In this document: one piece after another, positions 42,374 through 49,389 of the stretch
Layout: each line of letters begins with the position of its first letter
Numbering within the stretch: position 1 is the stretch's first letter
Assembly (NCBI GenBank): GCA_002840305.1
Contig: PHAI01000001.1
Span: forward strand, 178,074-227,462
Source: Candidatus Falkowbacteria bacterium HGW-Falkowbacteria-1
GTDB taxonomy: Bacteria; Patescibacteriota; Patescibacteriia; Patescibacteriales; UBA12465
Direction: 5' to 3'
DNA: 49,389 nucleotides
Translations under genes and position numbers: made by a program
The notes under the pieces: generated by a model
Told to the model about the DNA's origin: nothing
Seen by the model: the letters and a program-made list of their open reading frames with translations, nothing else
Database searches by the model: none

Positions 42374-43642
42374 TTAGTTTTGAAGATTAATTTTATGTAT
42401 CTGTTCGTCGATTTGATCCGTAAAGAATAAATTCGACTGGTCTTTGTTTACAATTATTGAAGAGATGTTGTAAGCTTGGTCTGGTATGGCTATTAGGGTT
42501 TTTTGACCAGTTTCAATGTTTATTTTGTATAAATCATCTGATGTTCTTAGCGCTAGCTCTGGAAACATTCCGGCCATTGATTCAAGGCTTTTGGGCACTG
42601 CGCAATAAACTTCTGTATTACTAGCAAAAGTACATTTATCGGCCCATGTTTCAAGTTGCAGGCTTCTTCTGTTTTTACCTATATCATCACCACTAGCGTT
42701 GACTATCCATAACTTTGGCTTTAGATCATCTTTTGGTGAATAAACACTGTATAGTAGTTTGTCTCCATTCTTTGACCATTGAGGCTGGAATCCCCAACCT
42801 TCAACTATTGTTGATTTAAAATTTTGTCCATATTCTCCTATAAAGAAAACCTCTCTTCTTTCGGCGTCCACTCCTTCGGTATACATTCCTACTGATTGGT
42901 TATTCGGGGACCAAGATGGAATAACCCATCTGTCATTTTCGCCTATACTTTCTAAGACTTTAGTTTGGGATCCGTCACTGTTTGAAATAACTAGCCACCT
43001 ATTATCTGGGTCTATTCCCAAACTTTTGTTTACTAGTTTTTCGCTATCCGAAGAAAAAGTAAAATCTTCCCAATGTTTTGGCAATGTTACTTGTTTGTTG
43101 GTTGTAAAATCGTAAATTATTTTTGTTTGGTCGGGGTATTCTATAACCGCCTTTGTTTTGTTTGGAGCCCATTCTACGTCAGAAACATTGAAAAAAGACT
43201 TATCGCTCAGGGGAATAAGATCTCCCTCGTCATTTACCATATAAAATTTATTGTCATCTTTGTTGTAAAACTGAACCGCCCCTCCGTCTTTGCTTGGTGT
43301 TGGATTTAGAGAGTGTGATTTTACTATAGTGGTTGTTTCTGTGATTCCGCCAATGGCTATTTTACTGATTCCTTCGGTTTCTTTTTCCTGGGTGCCTTGG
43401 GGGCTTAGTGGGGTATCTTCTCCTGGCTTTATAGTTCCTGGCTCTGTGCTGTCAGTTATTATAGGCGTTCCATCAGGAGAACTTGGCAGGCCGTCAGTAA
43501 TTGAACTTCCAGGGCCTTCTGGTTCTCCGGGAAGAATAGACGTTTGTTGGAAGAATAATCTCCACACCAAAAAGCCTATAAATAACACCACTATAACGAA
43601 GCCTATTATCATTATGATTTTCTTGATTTTGTTCTTTTCCAT
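42374..43642 (-). CDS. membrane-anchored beta-propeller protein (TolB/PD40-like repeats)
   Basis: N-terminal TM, a P/G/T-rich linker, then repeats such as WAPNKTKAV, WSPNNQSVGMY and PQWSKNGDKLLYSV. Confidence 0.55.
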   Translation of the reverse strand: MEKNKIKKIIMIIGFVIVVLFIGFLVWRLFFQQTSILPGEPEGPGSSITDGLPSSPDGTPIITDSTEPGTIKPGEDTPLSPQGTQEKETEGISKIAIGGITETTTIVKSHSLNPTPSKDGGAVQFYNKDDNKFYMVNDEGDLIPLSDKSFFNVSDVEWAPNKTKAVIEYPDQTKIIYDFTTNKQVTLPKHWEDFTFSSDSEKLVNKSLGIDPDNRWLVISNSDGSQTKVLESIGENDRWVIPSWSPNNQSVGMYTEGVDAERREVFFIGEYGQNFKSTIVEGWGFQPQWSKNGDKLLYSVYSPKDDLKPKLWIVNASGDDIGKNRRSLQLETWADKCTFASNTEVYCAVPKSLESMAGMFPELALRTSDDLYKINIETGQKTLIAIPDQAYNISSIIVNKDQSNLFFTDQIDEQIHKINLQN

Positions 43643-43797
43643 TTTTTATTTTTATGTTATAATAATAGCGAGTATTATTGTAACATCTATTTATTTTGTT
43701 TATTTAATATTGTTGCTCAAACTGTAGCATATTTTTTAAACAAAATCAATTTATTTTTTTAAATAAAATTTTGAATTTTTAATATAATTTGAAAATT

Positions 43798-44844
43798 ATG
43801 GGAATATTTTCATCTTCAAATGATAATCATTTTTTGGGAATAGACATCGGAAACTCTTCTTTAAAAATGGTGGAATTACTAAAAAAAGGTAAAAAAATAT
43901 CATTGTCCAATTATGGCTTCTCAGAAAATATAGAGGGGGCAGATTTTACTTATTCGGATGATGTGGCTTTTTTGGCAAAGTCTATTGTTAAATTAAAAAA
44001 TGACTTAGGCATAAAAACAACCAGGGCCAATGCCTCTCTTCCTAGTTGGTCTGTTTTTTCTTCGGTTATAAATCTTTACAATTTTGATAAGAAAAAGATA
44101 AATGAACAAATTGTGGAAGAGGCAAAAAAAGTCATTCCATTGCCATTGGAAGAAATGGTCTTAGACTGGAAGGTTATTCCAAACAAGAAAAACAATAAGA
44201 ACAACGTAAAGGTTTTTTTAACTGGCTCTCCAAAAAAATTAATCAAGAAGTATATAGACGTTTTTAAAGAAGCAAAAATAACATTGGCCAATTTAGAAAC
44301 AGAGACCTTCTCTTTGATAAGGTCTCTACTGGGAAATGATTCGTCAACGGTAATGATAGTCGAAATGGGCGAAAATAGTACTGATTTTTCTATAGTTAAG
44401 GAAAGTATTCCTTTTCTAAATAGGAGCATAAACGTATCCGGCAGAACAATAAGTGAAGGAATAGGTGCTAAAATGGGGATAAACCTAGAGCAGTCTGAAC
44501 AATTTAAATTTGATCTTGGTATTTCAAACGAAAATAAAAAAGCCGAGATCCCAAAGTTTATAGTTGATGCTGTAAGCCCAATAGTTAACGAAATAAAGTA
44601 CATGGTAGACCTTTATTATAATGGTAATAATGATAGTATCGAGAAAATAGTCTTGTCTGGTGGCGGTTGTCTTTTGTATAACTTCGCCGAGCACTTAGAG
44701 TCAGTTTTAAATATGAAAGTAATTATCGGCAACCCTTGGTTTAAGGTTTCACATCCTTTAGAGTTGGAACCAGTTTTGTATGAAACTGGGCCTAAATTGT
44801 CGGCCGCGATTGGTCTAGCTTTGAGAGGAGCTGATAAAAATTAA
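43798..44844 (+). CDS. pilM: type IV pilus assembly protein PilM (actin-like ATPase fold)
   Basis: FLGIDIGNSSLKMVEL, VLSGGG and AAIGLALRG. The ATG at 43798 is 9 nt inside the TTG-initiated ORF. Confidence 0.75.
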   Translation: MGIFSSSNDNHFLGIDIGNSSLKMVELLKKGKKISLSNYGFSENIEGADFTYSDDVAFLAKSIVKLKNDLGIKTTRANASLPSWSVFSSVINLYNFDKKKINEQIVEEAKKVIPLPLEEMVLDWKVIPNKKNNKNNVKVFLTGSPKKLIKKYIDVFKEAKITLANLETETFSLIRSLLGNDSSTVMIVEMGENSTDFSIVKESIPFLNRSINVSGRTISEGIGAKMGINLEQSEQFKFDLGISNENKKAEIPKFIVDAVSPIVNEIKYMVDLYYNGNNDSIEKIVLSGGGCLLYNFAEHLESVLNMKVIIGNPWFKVSHPLELEPVLYETGPKLSAAIGLALRGADKN

Positions 44845-44856
44845 TTAATTTTATAT

Positions 44857-45633
44857 ATGCCAATAGAAATTAAAAAAACGAATAATAATCAAGACAAGAA
44901 AGGAGAAAAGAAAGATGATAAAAAAGAATTGGCCGAATCAAAGAAAGAGGATCAAGCAAAAAAAATTTCATTTTTTGAAAAAATAAAAAAAATATTTTCT
45001 TCTTTAAACGAAAAAAATGATGATTACGACATTGGCGACGATGATAAAATTGATCATTTGCAACTTTTAGAAAGTGATCTTATAAAAGGTGAGGTCCCAA
45101 TTGTTTTTGAATTTCGTAGACATTTAATTGCTTTTTTTGCCCTTCTTTTGATTTCCTTTGTTTTAATTATGGAGGTATATTTTTTGCTTTCTTGGTGGGA
45201 AAAAAACAAAAGTTTAGAGAACTCTTATTATCTTCAAGATGAAATATCGGCCGTTAATCGCGAAAAAAAGGAATTGGAGCAAGAGTACAACGAGGCTTTC
45301 AATTTTAAAAATAAGATGAATACATCTTTTTCTGTTTTAGACGATCATGTATACTGGAGTAACTTTTTCTTATTTTTAGAGCAAAATACGTTAAAAAATG
45401 TTTATTTTAAGAACTTCTCCGGTGATATTTCTGGTTCTTACATTTTACCAGCGGTGACCGATGATGTTAGGGCTGTTAGTTATCAGTCCAAATATTTCTC
45501 GGCCGATCGAAGAACCTCATCCGTGGCTATATCGGATGAAGAAATTGGAGTTGGTGGTTTAAGCACTGAATCGGGCTTTGTAAATTTTAACATTAATTTA
45601 AATTTGAATCCTAGAACGTTTAATGATTTATAA
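44857..45633 (+). CDS. bitopic PilN-like pilus assembly protein (putative)
   Basis: Position after pilM, a single TM (LIAFFALLLISFVLIMEVYFLL), then a coiled coil and an alpha/beta region. No strong motif. Confidence 0.45.
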   Translation: MPIEIKKTNNNQDKKGEKKDDKKELAESKKEDQAKKISFFEKIKKIFSSLNEKNDDYDIGDDDKIDHLQLLESDLIKGEVPIVFEFRRHLIAFFALLLISFVLIMEVYFLLSWWEKNKSLENSYYLQDEISAVNREKKELEQEYNEAFNFKNKMNTSFSVLDDHVYWSNFFLFLEQNTLKNVYFKNFSGDISGSYILPAVTDDVRAVSYQSKYFSADRRTSSVAISDEEIGVGGLSTESGFVNFNINLNLNPRTFNDL

Positions 45634-45650
45634 AATTTACTTATAAAATT

Positions 45651-46364
45651 ATGGATGATAAAAAAAATAATAAAGAAGAAGAAATTGTTAAGGAAGAGAA
45701 AAAAACAGTCTTCAGAAGAAAAATTTTAAATGGTGTTAGTTCATTTTTAAATTCTTATTTTCACTATTTTTCTTTTTTGGCTTTATTCTTTATTTTTTGG
45801 TTTTCCTTCAACTTTATATTGACTCCAAAGTACGAGAAAGTGAGCTTGGCGTCTAGTGAGGTTTTGGAAGCGAAGAAAAGCTTGTTTATTAAGGAATATA
45901 GGGAGTTGGCTTCTTATAAAAAAAATATAGAAGTTTTTAAAAGTATCAACCCTGGCGATATGGATAAAATATCAAAGATGATTCCAGGGGAGTATTCCAG
46001 AGATGATCTTTTTACTGAATTTACTTATTTTTTGATGAAAAATAATTTTAATGTTAAAAGTATAAAAGTTTCCAACACGGAGGATATTGTCTCCGGAAAA
46101 CAGGTACTGTCGAGAAGATCTTCTGGTACAAGCAATGACCCTGAATTTTCTAGGGCCACCCAGGTTTCTTTGTCTTTGCCACCCGATGTTGGTTCTTGGT
46201 TAATAAGAGCTGAGATTTCCAATGTCGCTTATACTGATTTAAAATATTTATTAGATATTATTGAAAATAATTTAAAGTTGGTCGATGTTGTTTCTATGGA
46301 TTTCGACCCTATTACAAAGTCAGTAAGTTTTGACGCTTTGACTTATTATTATAAAAATAAATAA
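45651..46364 (+). CDS. bitopic PilO-like pilus assembly protein (putative)
   Basis: Position, a single TM (FSFLALFFIFWFSFNFIL) and a coiled-coil segment. Confidence 0.4.
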   Translation: MDDKKNNKEEEIVKEEKKTVFRRKILNGVSSFLNSYFHYFSFLALFFIFWFSFNFILTPKYEKVSLASSEVLEAKKSLFIKEYRELASYKKNIEVFKSINPGDMDKISKMIPGEYSRDDLFTEFTYFLMKNNFNVKSIKVSNTEDIVSGKQVLSRRSSGTSNDPEFSRATQVSLSLPPDVGSWLIRAEISNVAYTDLKYLLDIIENNLKLVDVVSMDFDPITKSVSFDALTYYYKNK

Positions 46365-46373
46365 TTTACAAAT

Positions 46374-46769
46374 ATGAGTAAACTTTATAAGTTGGTTTTT
46401 GTAATTATCGTGGTAGTCCTTCTTTTTTTGAATATTTCATTTTTTTTGTATAATCAAAAATTGATTTCTTATTTAAAAATAGACGTTGAAATGGAGAGTC
46501 CGGATTTAATAATGAGCAGGGTAGACAAAGAGGCCTCAAATGGATTTTTTGATTTGAACAAAGTTAATGATTCCAAATTTGTTAATTTAAAAGAGTTTTC
46601 CGTTGATTTAACTGGATTTACAGTTCCTAGCGATTTGAATTTGGATGAAGATTTACCGCCAGATGATTCAAATGGAGAAGGGGTTCCAGATGATCTGACT
46701 CCGCCAGAGTTACAATTGCCAAGTTTCGAGGTTGGGAATAAAAATCCTTTTGAACCATTTTCTAAATAA
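46374..46769 (+). CDS. small bitopic protein of the pilus cluster (PilP-like position)
   Basis: N-terminal TM, an acidic P/D-rich tail, and an ending NKNPFEPFSK. Confidence 0.4.
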   Translation: MSKLYKLVFVIIVVVLLFLNISFFLYNQKLISYLKIDVEMESPDLIMSRVDKEASNGFFDLNKVNDSKFVNLKEFSVDLTGFTVPSDLNLDEDLPPDDSNGEGVPDDLTPPELQLPSFEVGNKNPFEPFSK

Positions 46770-46791
46770 AAGATGCTAGTAAAAAATATTT

Positions 46792-48567
46792 ATGTTTAAT
46801 AACGACAAGTTTTTGAGTTTACTAAAATTAAAGAAGGTGATTCCCGCCGATAAGGCTTCGGAGTTAGATATTTTAATTAAAAAAGATAAAAATTTTAATT
46901 TGGAAGATTTTTTGATCAAGCAAAAAGTTATTAATTCCGAAAAAATAACTGAGATTAAAGCCGAGGTTTATAATCTGCCTTATAAAAATTTAGTTGGTGA
47001 AGATATTCCAGAAAACATTTTGGAAATTATAAATGAAGAATTAGCTGAAAATTATTTAGCTATTTGTTTTTCTGTGCTTGAGAAGAAGATGAGCATTGCC
47101 TTGGTTGAACCGAATTTGAAAGCTATGGAGGCTTTAAATTTTTTAGCGAATGAAAAGAAGCTTAGGGCCGATTATTATTTAATTTCTAAAAATAGTTTCA
47201 ATTCCGCTTTTAAACAATACAAGAAGATGGAGGAGGAGATATCTTCTGCCTTGGAAATAAAATCTAAATCTGAGGGAGGAGAGGATTTGATTCAAATTAA
47301 AAAAGAAGAAGATAGGGAAGATTTGAATGTAGATGACGCAAATAGCGCCCCGGTTGCTAAAATAGTTTCTGTTATTATTAAAAACGCTATCGATAGTCGT
47401 GCTAGTGATATTCACGTTGAACCTTACGAAAAAGAGAGTCGCGTTAGATATCGTATTGATGGTATACTTAAAAATGCGCTTTTTTTACCGAGAAATATTC
47501 ATAATTCAGTTGTGGCTAGAATCAAAGTTATGGCCAAGATGAAATTGGACGAAACTCGCGTTCCTCAGGATGGTCGTATAGTCTTGGTTATGGATAATAG
47601 AGAGATCGATTTTCGTATTTCTACCCTACCAGTGGGGAATGGTCAGGAAAAAGTTGTTATGCGTATTTTGGATACAGCCAAAGGTATTATAGGTTTGGAT
47701 GAGCTGGGCTTTAATACTTATCTTTTGGAGGTTTTCAAAAGAAACATGAAAAAAACCAACGGGATTCTTTTGGTTACTGGTCCTACCGGTAGTGGTAAGA
47801 CGACAACTCTTTATTCAATTTTAAATATTTTAAATCAAGAGGGGGTTAATATTTCTACGTTGGAAGATCCTATAGAATACCAATTGAAAGGGATAAACCA
47901 GTCTCAGATAAGGCCAAAGATAGGATATTCTTTTGCTACTGGTCTTCGCTCCTTGGTTCGTCAAGATCCGGATGTTATTATGGTGGGAGAAATTAGAGAT
48001 GAAGAAACGGTTGAACTGTCTATTCATGCTGGTCTTACCGGCCACTTAGTTTTATCAACTATTCATACCAATGATTCTTTGGGAACTATTTTTAGGTTGA
48101 TTGACATGAAAGCTGAGCCGGTTTTGTTGTGCTCTATATTGAGAATGGTTGTCGCTCAGCGTCTTACTAGGAGACTTTGTGATAATTGTAAAAAAGAAGC
48201 AGACCCGGCATATAAGGAAAAATTTATGAAAGACGCCTTGAAAGTCATAGAAGGCCTTGATATTGAGAGATTAAGGTTAGAACTTCCTAGTATAAAGTCT
48301 TTCGAGGATATAAACAATTTAAAAATATATCAACCAGTTGGTTGTTCTAAATGCCAAAACAGTGGTTATCTTAATCGTATTTCTATTGGTGAGGCTATAG
48401 AAATAGATGATAATTTAAAGGATTTGATCATGAACAAACTTTCGAGTTTAAATGTCGAAAATGTTAGAAAAAGTCAAAAGTTTATATCCTTAAAACAAGA
48501 CGGATTTCTGAAGGTTTTAAAGGGGGTCACGAATATTGAAGAGGTGTTGAGGGTGATCGAGATGTAA
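46792..48567 (+). CDS. pilB: type IV pilus / T2SS-family assembly ATPase (PilB/GspE family), copy 2
   Basis: GspE_N-like N-terminus, GPTGSGKTT, LEDPIEY, DPDVIMVGEIRD, STIHTND and CDNC...CSKC. Confidence 0.85.
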   Translation: MFNNDKFLSLLKLKKVIPADKASELDILIKKDKNFNLEDFLIKQKVINSEKITEIKAEVYNLPYKNLVGEDIPENILEIINEELAENYLAICFSVLEKKMSIALVEPNLKAMEALNFLANEKKLRADYYLISKNSFNSAFKQYKKMEEEISSALEIKSKSEGGEDLIQIKKEEDREDLNVDDANSAPVAKIVSVIIKNAIDSRASDIHVEPYEKESRVRYRIDGILKNALFLPRNIHNSVVARIKVMAKMKLDETRVPQDGRIVLVMDNREIDFRISTLPVGNGQEKVVMRILDTAKGIIGLDELGFNTYLLEVFKRNMKKTNGILLVTGPTGSGKTTTLYSILNILNQEGVNISTLEDPIEYQLKGINQSQIRPKIGYSFATGLRSLVRQDPDVIMVGEIRDEETVELSIHAGLTGHLVLSTIHTNDSLGTIFRLIDMKAEPVLLCSILRMVVAQRLTRRLCDNCKKEADPAYKEKFMKDALKVIEGLDIERLRLELPSIKSFEDINNLKIYQPVGCSKCQNSGYLNRISIGEAIEIDDNLKDLIMNKLSSLNVENVRKSQKFISLKQDGFLKVLKGVTNIEEVLRVIEM

Positions 48568-48600
48568 TTTTTAATTTTAAGTATTTAAGTCGCATACATT

Positions 48601-49389
48601 ATGTCAATTTTTAACTACAAGGCAGAGAATAAAAAGGGCAAGATCAAATCAGGCCAAATCGTTGCTGTTAGTGAAAACGATGCCATTAGAAGGTTAAATA
48701 AGAAAATGTTTAAGGTAAAGAAAATAAAAGAGGTTTCTAACTCCCTGATGGTTAAAATAAACAATAAATTAACTCCGATTAAAAACAAGGATTTAGTTAT
48801 TTTTTCTAGGCAGTTTGCCGTTATGATTTCTGCTCACGTTACGGTTACGGAGGCCTTGTATACAATAATTGAACAAACAGAAAATGCTCATTTTAAAAAT
48901 ATAATTTCTGGTATTGCCTATAATGTTGATGGTGGAGCTTTGCTTTCTGACGCTTTGAAACAAAACAACCATATATTTTCAGATTTTTATTGTAATCTTA
49001 TTAAAGCCGGTGAAACTTCTGGCAAGCTGGATGAAATTTTGAGCTATTTGGCTGATGAAATGGAAAAGGATTTTGACATGTTGAACAAATTTAAAGGGGC
49101 GATGATTTACCCAGCTTTTATTTTGAGTGGCTTGGTCGCTGTTGGTGTTGTTTTTATCTTTTTCGTTTTGCCGGAATTGACGACCATGCTTCAAGAGACT
49201 GGCGCAACTTTGCCGTTACCGACCAGAATAGTTATTTCTATTACAGAGTTTGGCCAAAAGTATTATTTAGCGATAGTAATAGCAGTTGTCGCTTTCATCT
49301 TCTTATTCAGAATGTTTTTAAAAACAAACTTTGGTAGAAGAAAATTTGATTATTTATTGATTAAATTACCGTCCATTGGTAAGCTTTTT
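48601..49389 (+). CDS. pilC: type IV pilus platform protein (PilC/GspF family), copy 2, 3' end outside window
   Basis: Not in the ORF track because no stop is reached. My translation from ATG 48601 is open to the window end: MSIFNYKAENKKGKIKSGQIVAVSENDAIRRL...FSRQFAVMISAHVTVTEAL...IKAGETSGKLDEIL...GAMIYPAFIL. Confidence 0.8.
   Translation, partial: MSIFNYKAENKKGKIKSGQIVAVSENDAIRRLNKKMFKVKKIKEVSNSLMVKINNKLTPIKNKDLVIFSRQFAVMISAHVTVTEALYTIIEQTENAHFKNIISGIAYNVDGGALLSDALKQNNHIFSDFYCNLIKAGETSGKLDEILSYLADEMEKDFDMLNKFKGAMIYPAFILSGLVAVGVVFIFFVLPELTTMLQETGATLPLPTRIVISITEFGQKYYLAIVIAVVAFIFLFRMFLKTNFGRRKFDYLLIKLPSIGKLF

Noticed and set aside
46792-48567. Second ATPase as a PilT-type retraction motor
   Set aside because: It is 591 aa with an N-terminal GspE_N-like domain and the CxxC...CxxC zinc motif, features of PilB/GspE assembly ATPases that PilT/PilU lack.
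1-49389. Alternative genetic code (UGA recoded, as in some CPR lineages)
   Set aside because: Full-length, motif-complete proteins are obtained with the standard code. TGA terminates ORFs at sensible ends (2013-2015; 6280-6282, overlapping the next start).

Overview
The window is AT-rich (about two-thirds A+T by eye) and densely coding. It uses the standard code: TGA serves as a stop at 2013-2015 and 6280-6282. Gene content suggests a reduced-genome, probably monoderm-like Patescibacteria/CPR-type bacterium. That call is an inference from secretin-less type IV pilus genes, a shortened HrcA, fused enzymes, weak or absent Shine-Dalgarno sites and large orphan proteins. In order, the window contains: (1) an HD hydrolase and an unknown gene; (2) a five-gene sensory operon of solute-binding protein, receiver, solute-binding protein, HAMP-PAS histidine kinase and receiver; (3) a DEAD-box helicase with a repeat tail; (4) a divergent pair of a GIY-YIG-like gene and a LexA-like gene; (5) type IV pilus (T4P) module 1, made of two tiny ExxH proteins, a CheY-like receiver, PilB, PilC, five pilin-like genes and a major pilin candidate; (6) PBP2; (7) a three-gene operon dominated by a 1311-aa orphan membrane protein; (8) a polytopic GT-C-like membrane protein; (9) a MiaB-MiaA fusion; (10) on the minus strand, a membrane protein, gatB and a Cys-rich pilin-like gene; (11) tRNA-Ser(GCU) flanked by partial copies of itself; (12) HExxH, alpha/beta hydrolase, Nudix and lipoprotein genes; (13) a CIRCE-controlled hrcA-grpE-hsp20-dnaK-dnaJ-tatD block, with a GC-rich palindromic element between dnaK and dnaJ; (14) a TolB-like gene and comFC; (15) T4P module 2, made of pilM, N-like, O-like, a small gene, pilB2 and a pilC2 fragment. 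I found no CRISPR array, rRNA, transposase or integrase. The best candidates for something undescribed are the pilus operon led by a split diiron-like pair plus an orphan receiver and carrying a 752-aa FN3-repeat pilin-like protein; the giant-protein operon; the transporter-less SBP-coupled two-component module; the MiaB-MiaA fusion; and the tRNA-Ser recombination scars. I cannot establish novelty without database searches.
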